DNA of 64,000 nucleotides from an uncultured Candidatus Saccharibacteria bacterium (GTDB taxonomy: Bacteria > Patescibacteriota > Saccharimonadia > Saccharimonadales > Saccharimonadaceae): positions 1,395-65,394 of the forward strand of contig CAZSPU010000002.1 in NCBI GenBank assembly GCA_964608555.1. Reading direction: 5' to 3'. The translations under genes and the position numbers were made by a program. The notes beneath the pieces were generated by a model, which was given only the letters and a program-made list of their open reading frames with translations, did not search any database and was not told the DNA's origin. Below, piece after piece: positions 45,676 to 55,687 of the stretch (positions within the stretch are counted from its first letter, which is position 1; every line of letters begins with the position of its first letter).

Positions 45676-46812
45676 TTATTCTTCGGTGATTTCGGCTTGC
45701 TTTTCTTCGCAAGTCATACCATTGCCTTGGTAGAGAGTACGTAAAGCGGACAGACTGGTGTCTGGTGGATTTTCTGGTGAGACGGTAGTCGGATCGTTAC
45801 TCTCAATGTCAGGATAGAGACCAAAAGCTACGCCGTAAGCTGGATTAGTGCGCAAATCATTACCATCTGCTGAAACAACTGAACTAACTGTATTGTTAAA
45901 CTGCTCAATACTCATAGCAACATTCAAACCGTATTGTTCGCGATAAGTTGCGGCTTGTTGCTCGAACTCGGTACGCATTGACTCAAGTGTGGCAGCTGCA
46001 GCTTCGTTGGTGGCGAAAGTCATCTCTGTGCCCATCGCCAGTGACTGTATTTCATCATTGCGATAACGCGCTTCAATAGAAATCCCCATAGCGGTCGGCA
46101 TCTCGCCTTCAGCGGTCATACCTTCACCGAGATTTGGTAGATCACCGCCTAGGCGACAAGATAGAATTGTTTCGGTCTTGGACTGATCACCGGATGGCTG
46201 ATTTTGATCATCATTGTTATCTTGGTCAGTAGAGTTGCCAGAATTGCCCGAATTACCTTGATTAGAATTATTATTCTTGGGGGCCTGCATCCACAAAATA
46301 CAAAAGATAATGGCAGCGACAGCAAATACTACTGTCAGCAAACCTAAGATGAGATTGAGAGTACGATGACCGCTGCCGGACTTTGGAGAAGTGCCGGGAG
46401 TTTGCTGGTCAAGGGTCGGATTAGTGTTGTTGAAAGGCGAAAACGGCTGTGCTGGAGCAGGGCTGGGGCTACTAGCGGACGACTGAGTCGGAGCTGCAGA
46501 AGTATTAGCCATATCATTGACGACGGGCGCGCCATTAATCCCTGGGGCAGCGTTCGCATCAGCCGGACCACCCGCAGTAGAGCTCGGATTGTCGGCTGGC
46601 GAGCTAGCAGGAGCCGTATTAAAAGCTGGCATGGAGTTGGGCGATGCTGGTGGAGTAGCTGGAGCGGCATTATAATTATTATTAGCTGCGCTGGCCATAA
46701 CTAATGGATCAGTTGATAAATTCTGCGACGGCATATTTGGTGCTGGATTTGGACCAGCTGGCGCCAAACCTGGCGTGAGCGGCGATGGTGAATAGTTATC
46801 TTGCGGATTCAT
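45676..46812 (-). CDS. Hypothetical single-pass membrane protein with Pro/Ala/Asn-rich N-terminus
   Basis: Low-complexity first ~150 aa, TM LILGLLTVVFAVAAIIFCILW, Asn/Gln linker, Cys-flanked extracellular domain. Confidence 0.7.
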   Translation of the reverse strand: MNPQDNYSPSPLTPGLAPAGPNPAPNMPSQNLSTDPLVMASAANNNYNAAPATPPASPNSMPAFNTAPASSPADNPSSTAGGPADANAAPGINGAPVVNDMANTSAAPTQSSASSPSPAPAQPFSPFNNTNPTLDQQTPGTSPKSGSGHRTLNLILGLLTVVFAVAAIIFCILWMQAPKNNNSNQGNSGNSGNSTDQDNNDDQNQPSGDQSKTETILSCRLGGDLPNLGEGMTAEGEMPTAMGISIEARYRNDEIQSLAMGTEMTFATNEAAAATLESMRTEFEQQAATYREQYGLNVAMSIEQFNNTVSSVVSADGNDLRTNPAYGVAFGLYPDIESNDPTTVSPENPPDTSLSALRTLYQGNGMTCEEKQAEITEE

Positions 46813-46887
46813 CTTTCCCCTTTTTATTTTAAAATCATTACCTTTATTTTAGCGCATTTCTAGTTTTTGTACAAGCTCCAAAGTTGC

Positions 46888-47643
46888 TCAATTCGGCAGG
46901 ATTTCTTCCCAATCCCATAGATCGAGATCTTCGGCACGTGCATCCGGATTGATTTTGTGTTGTTCGAGAATTTGACGCCAAGCAGTTTTGTCTAGTTGAG
47001 CATTAGCCAAATTCGCGACAAGCTTTTTGCGCGGGCTGGAAAATCCTTTTTTGATACCGGAAAAATATTTGGGATCAATCTGTGGCGCTGGTAATGGTGT
47101 GAGAATTATGACTTGACTGTCAACTTTGGGTGGCGGAGTAAATTCGCTGGCAGGCACGATAGGGCCAAGTGTGACTTCGGCGTAATTTTGTACAAAAAGC
47201 GAAAGCAAACTATGATTCCCCGGCTCGGCGGCAATGCGCTGAGCAACTTCTTTCTGAATAAGCAGCACGATTTTGGCCGGCTTAGCTTCTGCTTCGAGTA
47301 GTTTACGAATAATCGGCGAAGTAATATAGTAGGGGATATTTCCTGCTACGACATACAGGGCATGCGAAATTAAATCAGCAAGATTCACTTGTAGAAAATC
47401 TGCATTGATAACTTGCAAATTTTTGCCCGGAAAAGAACCGGGTAATTTGCGCGCTAGATCGGCGTCAAATTCGACGGCAATGACTTTACGAAAACGCCTC
47501 AACAGGCTCGAGGTCAGAGTACCTAGACCGGGACCAATCTCCAAACAATTCTCGATATCGGGTACGACCGCTAATTCGGCAATTTGTTCTAAAATCTCGC
47601 GATTCTTCAGCCAATGTTGTCCTAAGGATTTTTTGTTTTTCAT
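46888..47643 (-). CDS. rsmA: 16S rRNA adenine dimethyltransferase
   Basis: KKSLGQHWL, EIGPGLGTLT, VAGNIPYYITSPII, FTPPPKVDS. Confidence 0.95.
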   Translation of the reverse strand: MKNKKSLGQHWLKNREILEQIAELAVVPDIENCLEIGPGLGTLTSSLLRRFRKVIAVEFDADLARKLPGSFPGKNLQVINADFLQVNLADLISHALYVVAGNIPYYITSPIIRKLLEAEAKPAKIVLLIQKEVAQRIAAEPGNHSLLSLFVQNYAEVTLGPIVPASEFTPPPKVDSQVIILTPLPAPQIDPKYFSGIKKGFSSPRKKLVANLANAQLDKTAWRQILEQHKINPDARAEDLDLWDWEEILPN

Positions 47644-47646
47644 TGA

Positions 47647-48687
47647 CTAATACCAACCGCGCGATTGCTTGAACTGCAGTGCGCCTTGCCATCCACCATA
47701 ACGATTATTTACATAGTCAATCATCCAGCGAATTTGGGTAATAGGGTTGGTTTGCCAATCGTCACCCATTTTTTGCATTTTGTAACCAGGCAATGCCTGC
47801 GGAATACCGTAAGCGCCGGAGCTAGCATTTTCGGCATCAACTCGACAGCCCGACTCGTGATATATAATATATAGTGCCGCTTCGAGGTCGGCTTCTCCGA
47901 CACCGGCTTCGCGAAGCCAACCTAGGCAGGTTTCTTGGCCTGGCGCCACCGAAAGCTTCGCGCCTACTACCTTAATTTCCGCAACTGGCTCACGAACGGT
48001 CTCCTCGGAGACTAAATTGCGCTCCACTTCTACGTTATTAGCAAAACTGACTTCGTAAACTGTCTTGCGCTGGCCATCCTCGCCGGCACGTTCGAGATAA
48101 GTCTCGCCTTTAGCTAAATTATAATCGTATTTAATCTCGGTAGTATAAGGAATCGGCTCAGTCATAGTGAGCGAACGTCCGCCATTACGTTCTAGACGAT
48201 AAGTCGAAACCGCGCCTGCCTCAAGAAAGCTATTATTGAATTCTAGCTCAAAAGTGTCGCCATCATAAACCGTTAATCCGGCCTCTTGCGCAATCTGCTT
48301 AGGGTCGTAGCTCGCGGTCATGACGTAGCGTTTTTGCATGCCATCAATCACGATCGCCGGCCGAGCCCGATGAATGTTGATATTAAAATCATCATCAATC
48401 ACCGTATCTAAGCCTGGTTCAACGATATCCGTCTCAGCCAGAGTAATGTGAGCTCGGTCGATAACTTCCCGCACAGTCGCTTCGCCGGTCTTAACAGTCA
48501 AAAAATGGCCTTGATCATAAATCGACACAAAAAATTCGTCCGAAGTAGTACGAATTGGCGTACCATCATCAGCGTAAACAGCTTGCTCATTCTGTTGCAT
48601 CATAAACCGGACCGTCAAAAAGGCACTAGACAACATCAATAATGCTGCGCAAGCAATATTACGTAAACGGAAATGTAATTTCATCAT
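47647..48687 (-). CDS. G5-domain / lytic transglycosylase (RpfB/YabE-like) protein
   Basis: Signal/TM, DUF348-like repeats, G5 (AGEDG...EPVAEIKVVG), SLT motif IIYHESG...AYGIPQALP; upstream of rsmA. Confidence 0.8.
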   Translation of the reverse strand: MMKLHFRLRNIACAALLMLSSAFLTVRFMMQQNEQAVYADDGTPIRTTSDEFFVSIYDQGHFLTVKTGEATVREVIDRAHITLAETDIVEPGLDTVIDDDFNINIHRARPAIVIDGMQKRYVMTASYDPKQIAQEAGLTVYDGDTFELEFNNSFLEAGAVSTYRLERNGGRSLTMTEPIPYTTEIKYDYNLAKGETYLERAGEDGQRKTVYEVSFANNVEVERNLVSEETVREPVAEIKVVGAKLSVAPGQETCLGWLREAGVGEADLEAALYIIYHESGCRVDAENASSGAYGIPQALPGYKMQKMGDDWQTNPITQIRWMIDYVNNRYGGWQGALQFKQSRGWY

Positions 48688-48737
48688 ATCCTATGCTTTA
48701 TTATAGCAGAGATAGAGTCAAAAGACAAATTAATTGA

Positions 48738-51020
48738 TTATTCAAATACTGGGACGTCATCAGGAAAAGGATCAAAATCACTAAATTCCCCATCTGGATC
48801 TCCGCCCAGGATACCCAGACTGCCCTGATCGATACCAAAAACGCCCGACTCACCGAATTCTCCAGTTCCGTAAGGATTGTATCCTAGTTCCAGCAAAAAG
48901 CGGGACGGCATATTATAATTGCGACCACCAAAAGTATAGCGTGAACCAGCAAAAGTTAAGAATAAATCTTGCATGGCGCGAGTCATGCCGACGTAAGCCA
49001 AGCGGCGTTCTTCTTCGAGTTCGTCTTCAGAATTATCAGCGCGGCTACTCGGGAAAAGGCCATCTTCGAGCCCGACCATGAAAACGACCGGGAATTCCAG
49101 ACCTTTGGCGGCATGTAAAGTCATGAGTGAAACTACATCATCGCCCGCAGTGCCTTCGTCAGCCGAACTGAGCAAAGCTGCGTCCGCGAGGAATTCTTCT
49201 AGTGTATCATAAACACTGGCGTTGCTTGCTAAGACTTCGAGGTTTTGCATGCGCTCTTCACCATCAGGCGTATCGCTATGTAGTAAGGTGGCAAAATCAA
49301 AGAACCGCACGATTTTTTCGACAATTTCAGCAGCCGGAAAAGTTGTAACTGTGTCGGCACCATCCGCGCTCATTTCGCGCACTAATCCGTCCACGCCGTC
49401 ATTATTGGGTGCACTATTGCGCATGTCTTGGAGAAAATTCGCTAATCGTGCTAGGCTATTGCGAGCGCGGCCCGGTAAAATACTACTTTCGAGCAACTCC
49501 GCACAAGAGGCAATATTAGTACCAGGACGAGAGTCAAAGAATAGAAAAACTTTCTCTAAAGAAGCTGCCCCGACGCCAGAAAGCACGTTTTTGACGACGC
49601 GCTCTAAGCTGACCCGGTCGTGTGGATTGGGAATCAGTTTGAGGATTGCTAAGACATCCTTAACTTCTTTGCGATCATAAAACCGCACGCCACCAATAAT
49701 TTTATAAGGAATCCGTAAGGCCATGAACGCTTTTTCAAAAGCCGACGACTGTGCATTCGTACGATAAAGCACGGCAAAATCGCGATACTGACGCTCGGGA
49801 TGAGCGGTTTTGATCTGTAGAATCTGGTGCGCAACGTAGTTGGCTTCGGCGGTTTCGTCGGCCGTGCCTTCGATCGTAATTGGATCGCCCTGACCAGCTT
49901 CGGTAAAGAGGGTTTTCTCGGTACGAGTCTTGTTTTGGTTGATGATTTTTTGGGATGCGGCCAGAATATTACCAGTACTGCGGTAATTTTGCTCCAGTTT
50001 GATAACTTTGGCGCCCTTAAAGTCGCGCTCGAAATTGAGAATATTGGTAAAATCAGCTCCGCGCCAAGAATAAATTGATTGCCAATCATCACCGACTACA
50101 CAGATGTTTCGCTCCTCGTTGACCAGTAGCTTGATTAGTTTGTACTGTACGGCATTAGTATCCTGGTACTCATCAATCAAAATATGACGGAATTTTTGTT
50201 GCCATTTGGCGCGCACTTCGGCATTTTTAGCAAAAAGATCAGCGGTTTTTGTGAGAAGATCGTCAAAATCAAGGGCGGCAGCGGCGGTTTTTTCGCGCTC
50301 GTACTGCTCAAAAACTTCGGCAGCAATCTTTTGATTGGGGTAAAAGGCCTCCCGCCGAGCGTCAGCTGGTGTCATGCCGGCATTTTGGTAATTACTGATC
50401 AAACTTTGGATATTCTTGGGGGTGACGGATTTTTCGTTCATAAGGTTCATAGCGCGCATAATGCGCCGAATCAGCGTCAATTGATCTTCTGAGTCATAAA
50501 TAGTAAAATTACGGTCAATGCCAGCAGCTAGATATTCGATGTGCAAAATCCGCACGCAAATGCCGTGAAAAGTCCCCATATAAGGCATAAAATTTCGAGG
50601 CGGTTCGGCGCTAGGGCTACTTAGGGTCGCTCCTGAAGCGTTTAGCTGCGGAGCTTGGTATGAGGAAGGGTCGGATTTTGACGGGCCTTCTGAGGCTTCT
50701 GGTGATGCGCTAACGCTATTTTGAGTGGTGATCGGCGATTTTGCGGAAAAATCAAGGGTTTGCGGGGTATTTTCGGCCGTATTACGGCTTTTTTCCAGCA
50801 AATTCCAGAGGCGGACCCGCATTTCTTTGGCGGCTTTGTTGGTAAAAGTAACCGCGAGAATTTGGTCAGGGCGCGTACCGTGCATGATGAGATTCGCGAT
50901 CCGGTGCGTTAGGACTTTGGTTTTGCCAGAACCAGCACCAGCCAAAACCAAAACTGGACCCGACAGTGTTTTTACAGCTTCCTCCTGAGGAGGATTCAAA
51001 CCTCGCAGTATCAAATTCAT
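48738..51020 (-). CDS. uvrD: UvrD/PcrA ATP-dependent DNA helicase
   Basis: AGAGSGKT, VTFTNKAA, IDEYQDTN, VGDDWQSIYSWRGA, LEQNYRS, TLHAAKGLEF, EERRLAYVGMTRA; start 6 nt after TGCTATAAT. Confidence 0.95.
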   Translation of the reverse strand: MNLILRGLNPPQEEAVKTLSGPVLVLAGAGSGKTKVLTHRIANLIMHGTRPDQILAVTFTNKAAKEMRVRLWNLLEKSRNTAENTPQTLDFSAKSPITTQNSVSASPEASEGPSKSDPSSYQAPQLNASGATLSSPSAEPPRNFMPYMGTFHGICVRILHIEYLAAGIDRNFTIYDSEDQLTLIRRIMRAMNLMNEKSVTPKNIQSLISNYQNAGMTPADARREAFYPNQKIAAEVFEQYEREKTAAAALDFDDLLTKTADLFAKNAEVRAKWQQKFRHILIDEYQDTNAVQYKLIKLLVNEERNICVVGDDWQSIYSWRGADFTNILNFERDFKGAKVIKLEQNYRSTGNILAASQKIINQNKTRTEKTLFTEAGQGDPITIEGTADETAEANYVAHQILQIKTAHPERQYRDFAVLYRTNAQSSAFEKAFMALRIPYKIIGGVRFYDRKEVKDVLAILKLIPNPHDRVSLERVVKNVLSGVGAASLEKVFLFFDSRPGTNIASCAELLESSILPGRARNSLARLANFLQDMRNSAPNNDGVDGLVREMSADGADTVTTFPAAEIVEKIVRFFDFATLLHSDTPDGEERMQNLEVLASNASVYDTLEEFLADAALLSSADEGTAGDDVVSLMTLHAAKGLEFPVVFMVGLEDGLFPSSRADNSEDELEEERRLAYVGMTRAMQDLFLTFAGSRYTFGGRNYNMPSRFLLELGYNPYGTGEFGESGVFGIDQGSLGILGGDPDGEFSDFDPFPDDVPVFE

Positions 51021-51065
51021 TACTTCATTATAGCACAAGATATTGACGACAGGCTGATTCCGACG

Positions 51066-52439
51066 TCATCGTCGACTCAGCTTGCGCGAACGGCCTTGTT
51101 TTCTCCGTAGATAAATTAAGTAAAAGGCCAGAGAAATCTGCGGCACACAGATCAAGGCAGCGAGGCCAAATACATACTGCGCACCAAACTGCAGCATCTG
51201 CCCACAGAGGAAAATTCCAACGGCGTCGCCAAGATAGTTGACAACATGCTTAAAACTATTGTATTGCAATTGATGACGATTATCGATTGCGTTAATATAG
51301 TATCCATCGGTGATGTTTTCGTAGGCGGTGCTACTGAGTAATCCCCAAGTCAAGGCAAGGAAACACATGAAAATATTGCCAGTCGTAAAAGCAAAAGCAA
51401 AGGCAAGAGCGCGGACGCCGAATTTAATCCAGATTGTAGCATAATCATTTTTGGGCGTAAAATAGCGCAGAGCAAGGATTCCGACTAAATCCGATAAGAG
51501 TCCTAGCACCAACAGATAAGTTGTTGCCATGCTAGCCGAAAAATCAAAGTAGTCTGTCAGCATGAGCATTTTTAGGCCAGTAGCCGTACTCCATGCTGCA
51601 TTACTCAGAAAGGCAAAAATCATATAAATGCGTTGAATTTTGTTTTTGAGGATAAATTTGAGCATGGAGAATTTGCTCTCCGGCATTCGTTCGGTAATAA
51701 TGATTGGAATACGCACCATAATAATAGTAGCAACCACCGAGAAGATCAAGGCAATCATCAAGCAGACATTATAATCGATCAAGAAATTACCGATATACTG
51801 GCCGATAAAGATGCCGCCAATAAATACACCGACATCACGGAAGAGATATTCGACTAGTTTGCGCCGGCTGTAAGCTTGGTTGCTCTTCATCGCGGTGGTA
51901 ATTAAAGGATAGATGCCGGTAAAGACTAATGACGTAGCCAGAATGTCGAAAATAATACAGATATCAATCAGAACGCGCAGGCCGGTACTATTGAGGATAA
52001 ACATTAGCAACATGTTGACCGAACGAGCGATGAGCGCAATCGACATGAAACGTTTCATACGTGGAACATCGACGGTCTTGGCGACCACAATGACGCCAAT
52101 GACCGTAAAAATAGTACCGAGGCTGGTAATGTTACTGATAGCGGTGGTAGTAAAGTCATTTTTTTGTAGCCAGAGTTGCCGAAAGTTTTCCCAAAGGCCG
52201 ACCGAAACACTAAAACACGCGAGCATAATCAAGATGCGAAGCTCAGTTTGCGCCCGGCGCGAACGACGGCGCTTGGGGTGACGACGGGGGCGTTTTGATG
52301 CCCAATATTCCATCAAAGGGTTTTGCCAAACCGACCGCCGGAAAGATGAACGCTTGCGTTTTTTGCCACTAGCAGTAGCGGGAGCCGGAATTTGCACATC
52401 CGTCACAGTGCGTTTTCTGGGTTTTACCTCCTGAACCAT
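51066..52439 (-). CDS. MFS-like transporter with basic N-terminal extension
   Basis: About 12 hydrophobic helices after an Arg/Lys-rich leader. Confidence 0.7.
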   Translation of the reverse strand: MVQEVKPRKRTVTDVQIPAPATASGKKRKRSSFRRSVWQNPLMEYWASKRPRRHPKRRRSRRAQTELRILIMLACFSVSVGLWENFRQLWLQKNDFTTTAISNITSLGTIFTVIGVIVVAKTVDVPRMKRFMSIALIARSVNMLLMFILNSTGLRVLIDICIIFDILATSLVFTGIYPLITTAMKSNQAYSRRKLVEYLFRDVGVFIGGIFIGQYIGNFLIDYNVCLMIALIFSVVATIIMVRIPIIITERMPESKFSMLKFILKNKIQRIYMIFAFLSNAAWSTATGLKMLMLTDYFDFSASMATTYLLVLGLLSDLVGILALRYFTPKNDYATIWIKFGVRALAFAFAFTTGNIFMCFLALTWGLLSSTAYENITDGYYINAIDNRHQLQYNSFKHVVNYLGDAVGIFLCGQMLQFGAQYVFGLAALICVPQISLAFYLIYLRRKQGRSRKLSRR

Positions 52440-52541
52440 ATTTATGATTATACATAAACAGAACGGTAAAGTCTACCCCGCGCCTACACCTGCGCGTGCT
52501 CTGAAGCTCCGAATCGTTCAGGACTGATAAGACTAAGGACT

Positions 52542-54440
52542 TTATTCTAGGATAGCTTTAATGCGACGGACGCCGGCCGAGGATGATTCTTCTTTGGTAA
52601 TTTTAAATTTGCCCAACTCGCCAGTATGTGTGACGTGGGGGCCGCCACAAATTTCCATTGAAATTACTTCTTGTAAATCTTCTGGCGTCTCGCCGCTTCG
52701 ACCAATCGCGTAGACGGTCACGCGGTCGGGATAGCGATCGCGAAAACTACCATGAGCATGTAGATCGTCGAAAGCATAATCTTTGTCGTACTCAGCCGAG
52801 ACTACTGGATAATCAGCCGTAATCCAGGCGTTGACGCAATCTTCAACTTTTTGGAGTTCTTCGGGTGTCAACTTATGGTCGACATTGAAATCAAACCGCA
52901 AGCGCTCTGGGGTGAGATTGCTGCCTTTTTGGGAAATATTTGGATCGACTTCTTTTTGTAGAGCAGATAGGAGCAGATGGCAGGCAGTGTGATATTTGAC
53001 GGTTTGGTCGCTCGTATCAGAGAGGCCACCCTTAAACATACCCTTGGAAGCGGTCTTGCTGCGTTCGCGCTGCTGATCGAGAGCTTGCTGGAATTCGGTC
53101 TGATAATCGTCGGAGAGTTTCAGATTGAGCTTGTAAGCTTCTTCGACACTGAGCTCGAGCGGGAAGCCGTAGGTATCTTGCAATTTGAATAATTCGGCGC
53201 CCGTCAACAGCTGATCAGCCCCAAGCTTGCGTAATTCTTTGACACCTTTACTAATGGTCTTGCGGAAGGCGTTTTCTTCTTTAGTGAGAATTTCTAGGAC
53301 CTGGGCGCGGTTTGGCAAAATATCATCGGAGAGCTCAGCGTAATTTTCGGCAATAATTGGGATGATCTGCTCCAGAAAATCTTGGCCAATCCCAAGGTCC
53401 AGCGCGCGCAGGACGGCTCGTCGTACGAGCCGTCGCAGGGCGTAGCCCTGCGCCTTGTTCGAAGGAACAAGGCCCTGCGCCGCGAGCAAATATGCGCCAC
53501 GTAAGTGATCGGCGATAATACGCATTTCGTCAGTATTATTATCATACTTTTTGTGCGAGATTTCCTCAAGCTTTTGAATAATCGGCAACATTAATGAAAT
53601 TTTGAAAACATCAAAACTACCGATCGCCGCCGCCGCTAGGCGTTCCAAGCCACCACCGAAATCGACATTTTTGTGCTCCAATTCCGAAAAACTGCCATCT
53701 TCATTGCGCTTATATTCCATAAAGACTTGGTTGCCAATCTCCATGAAACGCGCGCCGTCGGAAGCTGGGTGACTTTTGCCGTATTTCGCAACATCTTGCT
53801 TGTCTTCGCCAAAATCGTAAAATACTTCGGAATCAGGCCCGCAGGGATCGCCCAAAGGCGTGGTATCAATGCCGCCACCACGGCTCCACCAGTTTTCTTT
53901 GTCGTCATAAAAGAAGATCCGCTCCCCAGGCTTGATACCGCGCTGATCGCCATTAGCAGCCGAGCCGATTTCGGCAATCTTAGCATCAATCCCAGCCTTT
54001 TTGAAGACGCGCTGCCAGATCTCGGCGGCTTCAGTATCCTTAGGAATGCCATGCTCCTTGCTGCCAATAAAACAAGTGACGTAGATTTTGTCGGGATCAA
54101 GGCCGATGTCCTGAGTCAGGAACTCAAAATAATTCTGAATCTGTTCCTCTTTGAAATAATCGCCCAGAGACCAGTTACCCAGCATTTCGAAAACGGTCGT
54201 ATGACGCGGATCGCCAACATCCTCAATATCTTGTAAACGCATAGAAGGCTGCGAATCAGTCAGGCGCGTCCCCTCAGGATGCGGCTGCCCCAATAAATAC
54301 GGCAAAAGCGGCTGCATGCCGGAGCCAGTAAACAGCGTGGTCGGGTCGTTTTCGAGGACTAAGGGCGCCGGCGGAATCACTTTATGCCCATGCTTAACTT
54401 GGAAATCTAAGAATTTTTGGCGAATTTCATTTGCGTTCAT
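52542..54440 (-). CDS. alaS: Alanine--tRNA ligase (short form without C-Ala domain)
   Basis: ANEIRQKFLDF, DPTTLFTGSGMQP, HTTVFEMLGNWSLGDYFKEE, VDFGGGLERL, HTACHLL, EICGGPH; ends at GVRRIKAILE. Confidence 0.95.
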   Translation of the reverse strand: MNANEIRQKFLDFQVKHGHKVIPPAPLVLENDPTTLFTGSGMQPLLPYLLGQPHPEGTRLTDSQPSMRLQDIEDVGDPRHTTVFEMLGNWSLGDYFKEEQIQNYFEFLTQDIGLDPDKIYVTCFIGSKEHGIPKDTEAAEIWQRVFKKAGIDAKIAEIGSAANGDQRGIKPGERIFFYDDKENWWSRGGGIDTTPLGDPCGPDSEVFYDFGEDKQDVAKYGKSHPASDGARFMEIGNQVFMEYKRNEDGSFSELEHKNVDFGGGLERLAAAAIGSFDVFKISLMLPIIQKLEEISHKKYDNNTDEMRIIADHLRGAYLLAAQGLVPSNKAQGYALRRLVRRAVLRALDLGIGQDFLEQIIPIIAENYAELSDDILPNRAQVLEILTKEENAFRKTISKGVKELRKLGADQLLTGAELFKLQDTYGFPLELSVEEAYKLNLKLSDDYQTEFQQALDQQRERSKTASKGMFKGGLSDTSDQTVKYHTACHLLLSALQKEVDPNISQKGSNLTPERLRFDFNVDHKLTPEELQKVEDCVNAWITADYPVVSAEYDKDYAFDDLHAHGSFRDRYPDRVTVYAIGRSGETPEDLQEVISMEICGGPHVTHTGELGKFKITKEESSSAGVRRIKAILE

Positions 54441-54674
54441 CAATTTTACCTTATTATGAACCAAAAATGGCGACGCAAGTCGGTATTCAGAAAAACCGGA
54501 ACTGCTAATTTGCGCTGGCGGAAATTAGCAGGTTTCAGTTTTGCTGAATGCTACTTTAGTAGTATTTTTGGTGAATCTTAATATTAAAATTTAACTAGCA
54601 AATGAGCTTTGTCACATAGCCGCAAATTTCTCCGAAGGCTAATCTAAGAATTTTTGGCGAATTTCATTTGCGTT
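54404..54674. repeat. 34-bp exact direct repeat (54404-54437 and 54641-54674) flanking a 203-bp structured segment
   Basis: AATCTAAGAATTTTTGGCGAATTTCATTTGCGTT occurs twice; nested inverted repeats lie between the copies. Confidence 0.85.
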
Positions 54675-54810
54675 AATAAGTGTTATTATAGCATAGGTAA
54701 CAGAGATGCGATACTATTGACATTTTCATCAATCTGTGCTACAATAGAAGGTGGAACCTATGTTCAGTACCTTGAAATAGAGAAAATAGGTCGAACAAAA
54801 TAAAGGGGGT

Positions 54811-55374
54811 ATGAGTATCTTGTTCAAAAGCACACTGCGTTCCGTTTACGGTATTTGGATTGAATTAGAACAGTCGATCAGCACTTTGCGCTTTAGCGCG
54901 GCGATTCTTTTGAAGCGCGCCTTAGTGCGGCTGATTATTGCGACCACGTGCGGTTATTTCAGCGCGAGCCTGCCGGCTTTACTGAGAGGAGAAATAATCA
55001 TCACCGATCTGAAGGCTCCGTTCGTGGTGACGGCCGTCGTTGGGATTGTAATGTTTCTGACTCTGATTTTTATCGACTGTTATTTGGCCTTTCTAGCAAA
55101 ATATTTCAATATCGCGTCAGATGATTTATTCTTCCTAGCGAATTTACCACACGGCTGCAATACGTTAGTGGCCGAGACTTATCCGCCACTGCTACGCACT
55201 ATCGTGCGGATTGCCGTTTTCGGCAGCTACGGGCTCTGTCTATGGAGTTTTTTGGTGGCACGCAAAGATCTTGATTTCTTTTATCTTACGATGGCGTTTT
55301 GCGGTGTGAGTCTGCTGCTGTTAATTGCATGGTTCTTGCGCGAAGCGGAACTGGTTAGCACTGAACACGCTTAA
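54811..55374 (+). CDS. Hypothetical multi-pass membrane protein
   Basis: Four hydrophobic segments; TTGACA-17-TACAAT promoter (54717-54745); AAAGGGGG SD. Confidence 0.65.
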   Translation: MSILFKSTLRSVYGIWIELEQSISTLRFSAAILLKRALVRLIIATTCGYFSASLPALLRGEIIITDLKAPFVVTAVVGIVMFLTLIFIDCYLAFLAKYFNIASDDLFFLANLPHGCNTLVAETYPPLLRTIVRIAVFGSYGLCLWSFLVARKDLDFFYLTMAFCGVSLLLLIAWFLREAELVSTEHA

Positions 55375-55687
55375 CTGTACTTAGGTACACTGAGGCGCTT
55401 TTTCTCTATTATGATTTACAGGCGTTGCGATGCGCCCATTTTTTTGATTTATGTAACAAAACTTCAATTAGTATGTTATAATTGTGGAGTAATTCCCCTT
55501 TTTTATTTCTTTGGGGCGTTTTCGCGTTCCACGATCTTTTCTCTTGCCTACCACTGGCCCTTGCGCTGGGGGATTTTTCAGCAACGTTTTGCTATCCGGG
55601 GCAATTTCGCTGTCGGGAATATTTTACGATCTGAGACATCTGCACTATCGGTAATATTCTAATATCCGGAGTATCTTTACCGCTCGG

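Noticed and set aside
54438-54640. T-box riboswitch upstream of alaS
   Set aside because: No T-box consensus (GGTGGNACCGCG-like) or recognisable specifier stem on the sense strand.
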